A stretch of 64,000 nt of DNA from Vulcanimicrobiota bacterium (lineage in GTDB: Bacteria > Vulcanimicrobiota > Vulcanimicrobiia > Vulcanimicrobiales > Vulcanimicrobiaceae): positions 64,001-128,000 of the forward strand of contig CAWETW010000003.1 in assembly GCA_963812155.1 (NCBI GenBank), read 5' to 3'. Positions 1 through 15,524 of this stretch are shown here, in pieces. A program made the translations under genes and the position numbers. How positions within the stretch are numbered: the first letter of the stretch is position 1; each line of letters starts with the position of its first letter. Under the pieces are notes generated by a model. That model saw only the letters and a list, made by a program, of their open reading frames with translations. It was not told the DNA's origin and ran no database searches.

Positions 1-420
1 GGGCTGCCGTTCGGCGGATCGCCCACGGCCGATCTCAATACGACCGTCCCGCTGGCGCTGCTCGTCGTGTCGCTCACGTGGATCGTCGGAATCAAGATGA
101 CCGGAATGGCTCGGATCAAACACCTCTTCCAGCCCTTCCCCATTCTCTTTCCCATCAACGTCATCGACGAGGTCGTCCGCTTTCTCACGCTCGCGGCGCG
201 CCTGTTCTTCAATATTTTCGTCGGCGAGCTGCTGTTCGTGATCGTTGCTTCGGTGATCGTAGCGAAGGTGACGATTGGGCCGGTGAACCTTTCGCTGGCG
301 GCGGCGGTCGCGCCATTTTTCATTCAGTTCTTCAACTTCTTCGTGGGTACGGTGCAGGCGTTCGTCTTTACGCTGTTGGCGATCGTCTACTTGGCCTTAT
401 CCATCGGAGACGAACACTAG
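1..420 (+). CDS. atpB: F0F1 ATP synthase subunit a (5' truncated by window edge)
   Basis: PTADLNTT upstream, RFLTLAARLFFNIFVGE (conserved Arg), VQAFVFTLLAIVY; first gene of the atp operon. Confidence 0.95.
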   Translation, partial: GLPFGGSPTADLNTTVPLALLVVSLTWIVGIKMTGMARIKHLFQPFPILFPINVIDEVVRFLTLAARLFFNIFVGELLFVIVASVIVAKVTIGPVNLSLAAAVAPFFIQFFNFFVGTVQAFVFTLLAIVYLALSIGDEH

Positions 421-444
421 CGTTACTCAGGAAAGGTTAGCATC

Positions 445-729
445 TTGACTTCTCAAGCGTTGGTTGCCGCATTCACTCTGCTCGCGTTCGGAATCATCGT
501 CGCCGGCGTGGCGTTCGGTTCGGCCGTCGGCGACGGCATCGTTGCGAGCAAAGCCGTCGAGGCGATTGCGCGTCAGCCGGAGGCCCGTCCGAACATCTTC
601 ACGTTCCTCTTCCTTGGCGTCGGCGTGCTGGAGGCGTTTCCGATCATCGCGCTCGGACTCGCATTCTATATGCTGATCGTCGTCGTAGGTCTGCCCAACG
701 GCGTGTTTGCGAGCCTGGCGGGACACTAA
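445..729 (+). CDS. atpE: ATP synthase subunit c
   Basis: IARQPEA loop and proton-binding Glu in GVLEAFPII; TTG start after GGAAAGG. Confidence 0.96.
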   Translation: MTSQALVAAFTLLAFGIIVAGVAFGSAVGDGIVASKAVEAIARQPEARPNIFTFLFLGVGVLEAFPIIALGLAFYMLIVVVGLPNGVFASLAGH

Positions 730-737
730 GGCGCACG

Positions 738-1166
738 ATGTTCCTCAAGCTCGACGGCACGTTTTGGATACAACTGCTGAACTTCGCGGTCTTCTTCGCG
801 TTGCTCAACGTCGTGTTCTTGCGGCCCGTTGGGCAAGCGATTCGCAAGCGCCGGGAGTACATTAACGGCGTCGTTTCCGGCTACGCCGCGTATCAGGCCG
901 AAGCCAAGACGCTGCGTGAGCAGGCGGAGGGAATCCGCGCGCAAGCGCGCCGCGAAGCCGAGCAGCATCTCGCCAAGGCGCGCGCCGATGCGTCGAACGA
1001 AGCCGCCGCGGTCGCGGCAAAATACGCCACGCAAGCGCAGGCGATCGTCGAGGAAGCGCAGCGCAGCGCGGACGACGAGCTGGGCCGCGCTCGTGCGGGC
1101 GAAGATCGTTTGGTCAAACAGCTCGCCGATCTGATGGTCGAGCGCAGCCTGGGAGCCGGCGCGTGA
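738..1166 (+). CDS. ATP synthase subunit b' (first b-type subunit)
   Basis: LDGTFWIQLLNFAVFFALLNVVFLRP membrane anchor plus Ala/Glu coiled coil. Confidence 0.88.
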   Translation: MFLKLDGTFWIQLLNFAVFFALLNVVFLRPVGQAIRKRREYINGVVSGYAAYQAEAKTLREQAEGIRAQARREAEQHLAKARADASNEAAAVAAKYATQAQAIVEEAQRSADDELGRARAGEDRLVKQLADLMVERSLGAGA

Positions 1167-1663
1167 ACCAAAGCGATTTCTACGTAAGCGTGGCGATTTG
1201 GAGTCAGGTCGTTTCGGCCGTGCTCTTCATCGGCGTGCTCGTATGGCTCTGGGTCAAATTCATCACGCCGGCCATTTTGGCCGCGCAAGATCGCCAGAAC
1301 AAGCAGATTGCCGAAGCCGAGCGCCATCGCGACGAGGCCAAAGCGATGCTCGATCTTCTGCGTAACGATATCGAAAGCGCCGGGCGCGACGCCGAGGCGA
1401 TCAAAGGGCGCGTCGAATCGCAGGCGGTGCGCGAGTGCGAGGGCATCGCAGCCGACGCGCGCGAAGCCGGCGAACGCAGCATTCGCGGCGCGCAAGCGAG
1501 TTTCTCGGGGATGCTTGCGGCCGCTCGCGACCGATTCCGCGCCGAGATGCTGGAGAAGGCGCTCGCGCGCGCTCGTGAAGAAGCGGCCTCACGCGTCGAC
1601 GACGCGCTCGACGCGCGGCTGATCGACCGCTTCGCGGCGTCGCTGGAGCGCCGGAATGGTTAA
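1163..1663 (+). CDS. atpF: ATP synthase subunit b
   Basis: One TM helix plus coiled coil, between b' and delta. Confidence 0.85.
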   Translation: MNQSDFYVSVAIWSQVVSAVLFIGVLVWLWVKFITPAILAAQDRQNKQIAEAERHRDEAKAMLDLLRNDIESAGRDAEAIKGRVESQAVRECEGIAADAREAGERSIRGAQASFSGMLAAARDRFRAEMLEKALARAREEAASRVDDALDARLIDRFAASLERRNG

Positions 1664-2204
1664 CGAGAAGCTGGCGCGGCGCTACGCGCTCGCGGTCTTT
1701 TCGGTGGCCAACGACGCCGGCAAAGCCGTCGCGGTGGGAGACGATCTCGCCGCCGTCGCCTCGGCGATCGATACGAACCCCGCCGCGCGCGATTTTTTCG
1801 CGGCGCCCGTCGTCGACCGGCGCGCTAAGGCAAGCGTTCTCGTCGCCACGTTCGAGTCGCGCGTGAGCGACATCGCGCTGCACACGCTCCTGCTGCTCGT
1901 TCGCAAGCGCCGCGAGACGCTGCTTCCGGGGCTCGTCGCAGAGTATCGCAAACTGCAGCGCACCGCGCGCGGTGAGGAAGCGCTGACCGTTACCTCGGCG
2001 CGAGCGATGCCCGACGCGGAACTCGACGCGCTGGTTGCGCGGCTCGAGCAAGTCTTCGGCAAAAAATTCGACGTCACGCGGGTCGTGGATCCGCGGACGA
2101 TCGGCGGCGTACGCGTCCTGATGGGCGATCGCCGGATCGACGGCACGGTCGCCGGCCGTTTGGAGAACCTCGCCCGCAATCTCTTCGCACCTAGTGGCCT
2201 GTAA
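1656..2204 (+). CDS. atpH: ATP synthase subunit delta
   Basis: LARRYALAVF N-terminus; VDPRTIGGVRVLMGDRRIDGTV C-terminus. Confidence 0.95.
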   Translation: MVNEKLARRYALAVFSVANDAGKAVAVGDDLAAVASAIDTNPAARDFFAAPVVDRRAKASVLVATFESRVSDIALHTLLLLVRKRRETLLPGLVAEYRKLQRTARGEEALTVTSARAMPDAELDALVARLEQVFGKKFDVTRVVDPRTIGGVRVLMGDRRIDGTVAGRLENLARNLFAPSGL

Positions 2205-2229
2205 GAGCCACTTTCACTAGGATAAACGA

Positions 2230-3729
2230 ATGATCAACGCTGACGAAATCGCCGGTATTCTCAAGCAGCAAATCCAGAGTTTTAAGACCGACCTCCAGGA
2301 AGACGAAATCGGCACCGTCATCCAGGTCGGCGCCAATCTGGCGCGCGTCTACGGACTGCGCGGCGTACGCTCGTCGGAACTCGTCGAATTCTCCAACGGC
2401 TTGCAAGGCGTTGCGCTCAATCTCGAAGAGGACAACGTCGGCGTCGTCATCATGGGTCCCGACAAGGACATCAAAGAAGGCGACAAGGTTCGCCGCACCG
2501 GGCGCATCTCGTCGGTTCCGGTAGGCGAGGCGATGCTGGGGCGCGTCGTCAATCCGCTGGGCCAGCCCATCGACGGCAAGGGTCCCGTCGAGACCAACCG
2601 CTATCGCACCGTCGAAAACGTCGCTCCCGGCGTCGTGCAGCGCCAGTCGGTCAAACAGCCGCTGCAGACCGGCATACGCGCCATCGACGCGCTGATTCCG
2701 ATCGGAAAAGGCCAGCGCGAACTGATCATCGGCGACCGGTCGACCGGCAAAACCGCAATCGCGCTCGATACGATCATCAATCAAAAGGGCCGCAACGTCT
2801 TCTGCATCTACGTGGCGATCGGTCAAAAGAACTCGACCGTCTCCGCAATCGCACAGACGCTCGAACAGAAAGGCGCGATGGCCTACACCACGATCGTCGC
2901 GGTGAGCCCGTCGGAGGCCGCGGCATTGCGCTGGCTGGCACCCTTTGCCGGCTGCGCGATGGCAGAGGAGTTGATGTATCAGGGCAAAGACGTGTTGATC
3001 ATCTACGACGATCTCACCAAACACGCGCAGTCGTATCGCGAGATGTCGCTGCTGCTGCGGCGCCCGCCGGGTCGCGAGGCCTACCCCGGCGACGTCTTCT
3101 ATCTTCACTCCCGTCTGCTCGAACGCGCCTGCAAACTCTCCGACGAGCTTGGCGGGGGGTCGATGACGGCGCTGCCGGTCATCGAAACGCAGGCCGGCGA
3201 CTTCGCGGCCTACATTCCGACTAACGTGATCTCGATCACGGACGGACAGATCTATCTCACGCCGCAACTCTTCTTCCAAGGCATCCGTCCTGCGGTCGAC
3301 GTCGGTCTTTCGGTGTCGCGAGTCGGGGGCGCCGCTCAGACGAAGGCGATGAAGTCTGTCGCCGGCCAGCTCAAGCTCGAACTCGCGCAGTATCGCGATT
3401 TGGCGGCCTTCGCCAAACTCTCCAGCGATCTCGACAAGGCCACCCAGAATCAACTCATGCGCGGCGAGAAGATGACCGAACTGCTCAAGCAGCCGCAATA
3501 CCAGCCGCAGCCGATGGAAGATCAGGTCGCGATCATCTACGCCGCGACGAACGGTTACGTCAACGACGTCGCCACGCCGCGGCTGCAGAACTGGGCGCGC
3601 GGATTCGTTGCCTTCCTGCACGAGAAGCATCCGGAGATTCCGGCATCGATCGCCCAGAGCAATCAGCTCTCCGACGACGTCAAGAAACAGCTCGACGCGG
3701 CCGTAGCCGAGTTCAACAAGAGCTTCTAG
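2230..3729 (+). CDS. atpA: ATP synthase subunit alpha
   Basis: [38 protein letters not shown]. Confidence 0.99.
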   Translation: MINADEIAGILKQQIQSFKTDLQEDEIGTVIQVGANLARVYGLRGVRSSELVEFSNGLQGVALNLEEDNVGVVIMGPDKDIKEGDKVRRTGRISSVPVGEAMLGRVVNPLGQPIDGKGPVETNRYRTVENVAPGVVQRQSVKQPLQTGIRAIDALIPIGKGQRELIIGDRSTGKTAIALDTIINQKGRNVFCIYVAIGQKNSTVSAIAQTLEQKGAMAYTTIVAVSPSEAAALRWLAPFAGCAMAEELMYQGKDVLIIYDDLTKHAQSYREMSLLLRRPPGREAYPGDVFYLHSRLLERACKLSDELGGGSMTALPVIETQAGDFAAYIPTNVISITDGQIYLTPQLFFQGIRPAVDVGLSVSRVGGAAQTKAMKSVAGQLKLELAQYRDLAAFAKLSSDLDKATQNQLMRGEKMTELLKQPQYQPQPMEDQVAIIYAATNGYVNDVATPRLQNWARGFVAFLHEKHPEIPASIAQSNQLSDDVKKQLDAAVAEFNKSF

Positions 3730-3740
3730 GCTGACATCTC

Positions 3741-9678
<5,938 letters not shown>

Positions 9679-9682
<4 letters not shown>

Positions 9683-10446
9683 TTCGCTCGTTCTGGCCCC
9701 TGGTCGCAGCCGCGGCGCTCGCAGCGTCGCCGGCGTGGGCCGCCACGCCGCCGCCGCGCCCTCCGGCGCATGCGGCCCCACCGCATCCCGGAAAACCCGC
9801 ACCGTCGCCCGCCGCGGCGTCGGGAGCCGGAGCCGCTTTCGATTTAGGCGTCTGGACGGTGCACGCGAGTTCGGTCGACGCCAACTTCAAGACCGGCGAC
9901 TTCTCGACGCCCGCCAAAGTGGTCATGACGCGCACGGGCGGCGACGTGACCGCCGACCGCGCGAACGGCAACTACAAGACGCAAATCGTCAACCTCGTCG
10001 GACACGTCGTCATGCACGATTCGCAAGGCGATTACGGCGGAATCGGCGGACAGGGTGCCGGGTCGAACGGACCGTCGACGCTGACCGCAGACAAAGCTGC
10101 GATCGACGGCACTGCGAAAATTTACAAGGCGATCGGCAACGTGCACTACGTGCAGGCCGATACCGTCGTGGACGCCGATACGGGGACGCTCAACGACGCG
10201 ACGCACGATTTGCTTCTCAACGGAAACGTTCGCATCGTGCAAGGCCTTCGCAAGATCAACGCGGAGAGCGTCGTCTACAATACGATTACCGACAAGGCTC
10301 ACGCCCAAGGCAACGTCACGATGCAGTTCCCGGGACAACTGCATCGCGGCTTGGCCACGCCGAAGCCGCTGCACGTGCCCAAGAATCCGATCACGGAGCC
10401 GGCGGCAAGCGCGCCTGCGGCCTCACCGAAACCCCACCCGCGATAA
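9679..10446 (+). CDS. LptA/OstA family exported beta-jellyroll protein
   Basis: Signal peptide, Pro-rich linker, repeated ADxA...GNVH/GNVR strands. Confidence 0.7.
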
Positions 10447-10448
10447 AC

Positions 10449-11762
10449 GTGCGGTCGCTCTTCGAGTCGCCGGGTGCGATGCCGTTGGCGGCGCGAATGC
10501 GGCCGCGCACCTTCGAGGAGTTCGCCGGGCAGGAAGAGATTCTCGGCCCCGGCCGGCCGCTGCGCCGCGCCATCGAGCAAGACGCGTTGCCGTCGATGAT
10601 TCTGTGGGGGCCGCCGGGCACCGGGAAAACGACGATTGCGGAACTCGTTGCGCGCACGACCGGCGCGCATTTCGAACGCATCTCGGCGGTGAGCGCCGGC
10701 GTGGCGGATCTTCGCCGCATCGTTGCGGCCGCGCAGGTCCGACGGCGCACGGGTCTTCGGACCGTCCTGTTCATCGACGAGATTCATCGTTTCAATAAAG
10801 GCCAGCAAGATGCGGTGCTGCCCTATGTCGAGGACGGCACGATCACGCTCGTCGGAGCAACGACCGAGAACCCGTCGTTTGAAGTGAACTCGGCGTTGCT
10901 GTCGCGGGCGCGCGTCTTCGTATTGAAGCAGCTCTCCGACGAAGACGTTGCGCTCATCGTCGATCGCGCGCTCGCGGATTCCGAGCGCGGCCTGGGCGCA
11001 TCGAACGTGCGTCTCGACGGCCCGGCGCGAGACGCGCTCGTGGGGCTGGCCAACGGCGATGCGCGCACGGCGCTCAACGCCCTCGAGTTCGCAGCCGCCG
11101 CGGCGCCGGTTCGCGATGGCTTCGCGTCCGTCACGCGCGAGATCGTGGAGCAAGCGATGCAGCGGCGCGGCTCGCTCTACGACAAAGACGGAGAAGCGCA
11201 CTACGACACGATCAGCGCATTCATAAAATCGGTGCGCGCGAGCGACGCCGATGCGGCGCTCTACTGGCTGGCGCGCATGCTCGAAGGCGGCGAGGATCCG
11301 CTCTTCGTCGTGCGGCGGCTGGTCGTGCTGGCTTGCGAGGACGTCGGCTTGGCGGATTCGCGCGGCTTGGAAATCGCCGTCGCCGCGCAGCAGGCGGTTC
11401 ACTTCGTCGGGATGCCGGAGGGCTTCTACGCGCTGGCGCACGCCACGCTCTATTTGGCGACCGCGCCCAAGAGCAACAGCGTCGGCACCGCGTACGCGGC
11501 GGCGCTCGAAGACGTTCGCGAGACGCGTAACGGCCCGGTACCGCTGCATTTACGTAACGCTCCTACCGGCCTCATGCGAGCCCTCGGCTACGGCAAGGAG
11601 TATCATTACGCGCACGACGACTACGACGTCGTGCAGGGCAATCTTCCTGAGAATCTCGCCGGCCGGAGGTACTATCGGCCGGGCGAGCGCGGCGACGAGG
11701 CGCGCATCGCCGAATGGTTAAAAAATTCTAAAATGGGCGCGAAAAAAAAGCGGCCCGAGTGA
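10449..11762 (+). CDS. rarA: Replication-associated recombination protein A (AAA+)
   Basis: PLAARMRP, GPPGTGKTT, DEIHRFNKGQQD, GATTENPSF, ISAFIKSVR, PKSNS. Confidence 0.96.
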   Translation: MRSLFESPGAMPLAARMRPRTFEEFAGQEEILGPGRPLRRAIEQDALPSMILWGPPGTGKTTIAELVARTTGAHFERISAVSAGVADLRRIVAAAQVRRRTGLRTVLFIDEIHRFNKGQQDAVLPYVEDGTITLVGATTENPSFEVNSALLSRARVFVLKQLSDEDVALIVDRALADSERGLGASNVRLDGPARDALVGLANGDARTALNALEFAAAAAPVRDGFASVTREIVEQAMQRRGSLYDKDGEAHYDTISAFIKSVRASDADAALYWLARMLEGGEDPLFVVRRLVVLACEDVGLADSRGLEIAVAAQQAVHFVGMPEGFYALAHATLYLATAPKSNSVGTAYAAALEDVRETRNGPVPLHLRNAPTGLMRALGYGKEYHYAHDDYDVVQGNLPENLAGRRYYRPGERGDEARIAEWLKNSKMGAKKKRPE

Positions 11763-11773
11763 ACTCGAACCGC
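11742..11773 (-). terminator. Intrinsic terminator on the minus strand
   Basis: GCGGTTCGAG-TTCA-CTCGGGCCGC followed by 8 T; two G-U wobbles work only on the minus strand. Confidence 0.8.
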
Positions 11774-11821
11774 TTTTTCCCGTTGCTACTTCTCGGAGTT
11801 GTGCGTTGGAGCTTCGCACGA
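11742..11821 (-). ncRNA. Candidate ~80-nt small RNA antisense to the rarA/cysteine desulfurase junction
   Basis: TATCAT -10-like box (11827-11832, minus), 5' hairpin GTGCG-AAGCTCCAA-CGCAC, and an orphan minus-strand terminator. Confidence 0.5.
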
Positions 11822-11855
11822 GTAAAATGATAAAGCACGACTCTGGGAGCGCCCT

Positions 11856-13016
11856 GTGAGCGACAATCCGGCGCGCGTTTACCTCGATTATGCGGCGTCT
11901 GCCCCGGTGTCGGCCGAAGTGGCCGAGGCGATGCGCGCCGCCGCCGAAAACGCAGCGTTCAATCCCAGTTCGCTGCACGCCGAGGGACGCAGGGCGCGCG
12001 CGCTGCTCGACTCGGCGCGCGACAGCGTGGCGGCATCGCTGGGTGCCCGCCGAAGCGAGATTACGTTCACGGGAAGCGGCACCGAGGCCGATCATTTGGC
12101 GTTGACCGGCGTCATTCGTGCGGCCGGTTGGAAGGGCCGCGTCGTCGCGTCGGCCGTCGAACATCACGCCGTATTGCGCGCGCTCGACGAACTGCGCGAA
12201 GTCGGCTGCGACGTCGCGATACTGCCGGTCGACCGCGACGGACGCGTCGATCCCGACCGGTTTTCGGCGGCCCTGCGCGACGACACGGCGATCGCGTCGG
12301 TGATGTATGCCAACAACGAAATCGGCACCGTCCAGCCGATCGCCGAACTCGCGGCGATCGCCCGCGCGCGCGGCGTCCTCTTTCACACCGATGCCGTGCA
12401 GGCTGCCGCCTGGCTTCCCATCGATACCGGCACCCTCGGCGTCGATTTACTCTCGCTCTCGGCGCACAAGCTGCACGGGCCCAAAGGCGCCGGCGTCCTT
12501 TTCGTGCGGACGGGCACGCCCATTGCGGCCGCCGTTCCCGGCGGGGGCCAGGAGTTCGGACGCCGGTCGGGCACCGAGAACCTGGCGGGCATCGCCGGCA
12601 TGGCGGCAGCCCTCGAACGTGCGGCCGCCGGACGGGCCGGCAACGGCGCGCGCGTGGCAGGCCTTCGCGACCGTCTGGAGCGCGGCATCTTGGATTCCAT
12701 CCCGGGCGTCCGTATCAACGGCGCCGGAGCCGAGCGCCTCCCCGCGATCGTCAGCGCGACGTTCTCCGGGGTCGATTCCGAATCGTTGCTGGCCCGCCTC
12801 GACCTGGCCGGCATAGCCGTTTCCGCCGGAAGCGCCTGCACGTCGGGGACGCTCGAGCCGAGCCACGTCATCCGCGCGCTCGGCGGGAACACGTCGGATG
12901 CAACGATTCGATTTTCTTTGGGGGCGCCGACGACCCGGGCCGAGATCGACCGCGTCACGGCCATTCTGCCGCCCATCGTCGAGTCGTTGCGCCGGACGTC
13001 GCCCGCCCCGGCGTAG
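11856..13016 (+). CDS. iscS: Cysteine desulfurase (IscS/NifS class I)
   Basis: YLDYAAS, NPSSLH, HTDAVQA, SAHKLHGPKG (PLP Lys), SAGSACTS. Confidence 0.93.
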   Translation: MSDNPARVYLDYAASAPVSAEVAEAMRAAAENAAFNPSSLHAEGRRARALLDSARDSVAASLGARRSEITFTGSGTEADHLALTGVIRAAGWKGRVVASAVEHHAVLRALDELREVGCDVAILPVDRDGRVDPDRFSAALRDDTAIASVMYANNEIGTVQPIAELAAIARARGVLFHTDAVQAAAWLPIDTGTLGVDLLSLSAHKLHGPKGAGVLFVRTGTPIAAAVPGGGQEFGRRSGTENLAGIAGMAAALERAAAGRAGNGARVAGLRDRLERGILDSIPGVRINGAGAERLPAIVSATFSGVDSESLLARLDLAGIAVSAGSACTSGTLEPSHVIRALGGNTSDATIRFSLGAPTTRAEIDRVTAILPPIVESLRRTSPAPA

Positions 13017-13121
13017 AATGGGAGAGAACGGGGATTATGGAGAGAGCACCGAACGGGCTGCGCTCGCTAGGGCCTACGCTCGCTAGGGCTACGCACAACC
13101 GACCTGAGAAGGAGAAGACTG

Positions 13122-13529
13122 GTGACCTCGACCGAGATCGGCGTCCTCGTGCTCGACGTGCTGGCGGGCGTCGGCGTGCTGCTGGCAGGCGTCGGCGTGT
13201 TAATCGGCATGCTCGCCCTGGCCAAGACCCTGACCCGCGTAAACGTGACGCTCGACGGCGTCGACCATCAGCTCGAAAACCTCGGCGAGCCCGTCGCCAA
13301 GACGCTGGGGCACGTCGATGCCATCGCCGACACGGCGGACCGCACCGTCGCGCGGCTGAGCGGCGTAGCGCAGTCGCTCGAAGACGTGGCCGGCAGCGTT
13401 TCGGAAACGGCGGAGCTGGCAAAGAACGCGCTCACGCCGGCGATCGTGAACGTCGGCACGACGATCACCGGGATCACCAGTGGTTTGCGGCGCTTGGTTA
13501 CGGGAAAGAGTTCACCGGATCAATCCTAA
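13122..13529 (+). CDS. DUF948/YtxG-like membrane-anchored general stress protein
   Basis: N-terminal TM plus amphipathic helices, directly upstream of YtxH. Confidence 0.7.
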   Translation: MTSTEIGVLVLDVLAGVGVLLAGVGVLIGMLALAKTLTRVNVTLDGVDHQLENLGEPVAKTLGHVDAIADTADRTVARLSGVAQSLEDVAGSVSETAELAKNALTPAIVNVGTTITGITSGLRRLVTGKSSPDQS

Positions 13530-13542
13530 CGGGAGCATTTCT

Positions 13543-13881
13543 ATGGCTAACGGTAAAGGCGGCGGATTTTTCGCCGGGTTTCTCCTCGGTTCGATCGTGG
13601 GCGGGGCGGCGGCCGTTCTGTTGACGCAAGAAGAAACGCGCGATCTGCTGGCCGGCAAGGCGCGCGAGGCCGGCAATTTCGCCAAGGACGCAACCGACGA
13701 CTTGCGCGGCAAGGTCGGCGACGTCGCGAACCAGTGGCAGGCTAACGCCGCCGATCTCTACGAGCGTGGAAAGACCATCGTCGACAGCGCACGCGCCAAT
13801 GTGGACGCCGCGGTGGACGAAGGCAAGAGCAGTGCGGAGCAAGCGCGCGAAGATCTCACGCGCCAGAGCGAGGAGCAGTAA
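13543..13881 (+). CDS. YtxH domain general stress protein
   Basis: GGFFAGFLLGSIVGGAAAVLL followed by a charged helical tail. Confidence 0.8.
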   Translation: MANGKGGGFFAGFLLGSIVGGAAAVLLTQEETRDLLAGKAREAGNFAKDATDDLRGKVGDVANQWQANAADLYERGKTIVDSARANVDAAVDEGKSSAEQAREDLTRQSEEQ

Positions 13882-13883
13882 AC

Positions 13884-14228
13884 TTGGATATCAAGGTGGG
13901 GGTGCGCGAGGCGCCGGGAGATTGCTACGTGGTCGATCTCAGCGGCGAGATCGACGTGTACACGTCGCCGAAAGTGAAGGACGCGATCGGCGAGCTGATC
14001 GATCGGGGTGTCTATCATCTCGTCATCAACCTCGAAAAAGTCCGCTATATCGATTCGACCGGTTTAGGCGTACTCATCGGCGGATTGAAACGGGTGCGCG
14101 AGCACGGCGGTTCGGTAAACTTGGTCTGCACCAATCCGCAGATCAAGAAGATTTTCGACATTACCGGACTCGTCAAAATTTTCGGCATCTTCGAAGCTGA
14201 AGACGCCGCGATGAAAGCCTTGGCGTGA
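13884..14228 (+). CDS. rsbV: Anti-sigma factor antagonist (STAS domain)
   Basis: GEIDVYTSP, YIDSTGLGVL (phospho-Ser), IFDITGL. Confidence 0.9.
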   Translation: MDIKVGVREAPGDCYVVDLSGEIDVYTSPKVKDAIGELIDRGVYHLVINLEKVRYIDSTGLGVLIGGLKRVREHGGSVNLVCTNPQIKKIFDITGLVKIFGIFEAEDAAMKALA

Positions 14229-14662
14229 ACCCCGCCGCGGAACGCGACGGGGCGGCGGAGATCGTCGACCTTCGAGTTCCCTGCCGGCCCGAATGGGTCG
14301 CGCTCGTGCGCTTGGCGACGGCAGCCGTTGCAAACCGTCTGCAGTTTTCGATCGAAGACATCGAAGACGTAAAGCTCGCGGTTGCCGAAGCGTGCACGGC
14401 GGTGATTCAACACGCCGCTCACGGAGAGTTCATCGAGGTGACGTGCGAGGCGATGCCGGGAGCGTTGCAGGTGCGCGTTCGCGATTCCGGGCACGCGACC
14501 GGAGGGCAGTCGCTGCGCGCGCTCGATTTCGAGCAAGCACGCGCCGCCGGGCTCGGCGTTTTTCTGATACGTACGCTGATGGACGAAGTGAGTTACGACG
14601 TTCATCCCGACTCGGGCACGGATCTGCGGATGGTGAAGCGGTTCGCCGGTCGACCCGGCTGA
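14225..14662 (+). CDS. rsbW: Anti-sigma factor Ser kinase
   Basis: IEDVKLAVAEACT, VRDSG, GLGVFLIRTLMDEV. Confidence 0.88.
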   Translation: MNPAAERDGAAEIVDLRVPCRPEWVALVRLATAAVANRLQFSIEDIEDVKLAVAEACTAVIQHAAHGEFIEVTCEAMPGALQVRVRDSGHATGGQSLRALDFEQARAAGLGVFLIRTLMDEVSYDVHPDSGTDLRMVKRFAGRPG

Positions 14663-15466
14663 GTGCACGAGCGAAGCGAGTCGCGGCCGAGCCGCGAGCG
14701 AACCCGCGAACTCTTCGCGCACTTCATCGTGGCGCGTCAGCGCCGCGAGCACAACGTAAACGACGTCGATGCCGAATACGAAAGGCTGCGCGACGAACTC
14801 GCCGTCGCGCATCTGAATCTCGCGCGCTTTCTGGCGGGAAAGTTCGCGAACCGCGGCGAGCCGCTCGACGATCTCGTGCAAGTCGGCACCGTCGGTCTTC
14901 TCAAGGCGATCGACCGCTTCGATTTAGAACGAGGCGTAGAGTTTACGACCTACGCGACGCCGACGATCGTCGGAGAAATCAAGCGCTATTTTCGCGACAA
15001 AGGATGGGCGGTCAAAGTTCCGCGGCGGCTGCAGGAACTCAATCTCGCCGTCAATCGCGCGGGCGACAAGCTGGCCATCCAGTTGGGACGCAGTCCCACC
15101 GTTGCGGAGCTCGCGGCCCACTTGTCGGCGGGCGAAGAAGAAATTCTCGAAGCCCAGGAACTCGGCCAAGCGTACAACTTGCTCTCCCTCGACAGCGAAG
15201 TCTCCGGTGAAGGCGATCGTAAGAGCCAGACCCTCGCGGATACGGTGGGCATCTCCGATGCCGGGCTCGATCTGCTCGAAGACCGCGCCAACCTCGAGCG
15301 CGCGTTCACGGTGCTCAACGGCCGCGAACGCGTCATCATCTACCTGCGCTTCTACGAGTCGATTTCGCAGACGGAGATCGCCCGGCGGTTGAACGTTTCG
15401 CAGATGCACGTCTCCCGGCTCCAGGCGAAGGCGCTGGAGAAGTTGCGTTCGGTCCTCGCGGAATAG
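14663..15466 (+). CDS. sigB: SigB/SigF/SigG family RNA polymerase sigma factor
   Basis: DDLVQVGTVGLLKAIDRFD, PTIVGEIKRYFRDKGWAVKVPRRLQE, SQMHVSRL. Confidence 0.88.
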   Translation: MHERSESRPSRERTRELFAHFIVARQRREHNVNDVDAEYERLRDELAVAHLNLARFLAGKFANRGEPLDDLVQVGTVGLLKAIDRFDLERGVEFTTYATPTIVGEIKRYFRDKGWAVKVPRRLQELNLAVNRAGDKLAIQLGRSPTVAELAAHLSAGEEEILEAQELGQAYNLLSLDSEVSGEGDRKSQTLADTVGISDAGLDLLEDRANLERAFTVLNGRERVIIYLRFYESISQTEIARRLNVSQMHVSRLQAKALEKLRSVLAE

Positions 15467-15524
15467 GCGCAGCGCCTCCGGGCCGCAGGACGCGGGAGTT
15501 TCTTCGACGCAGTCGGTTGCGAGT

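Noticed and set aside
9735..11762. 675-aa RarA, and similarly the 826-aa ORF at 43708-46188 and the N-extended ORFs at 55690-58814
   Set aside because: The extensions are stop-free alternative frames of neighbouring genes in high-GC DNA.
11742..11855. 6S RNA, suggested by the rarA-iscS-alaS neighbourhood
   Set aside because: The available space is far shorter than ~180 nt and lacks the long central-bubble hairpin.
15467..15524. T-box leader before alaS
   Set aside because: Only 58 nt of intergenic sequence and no T-box motif.
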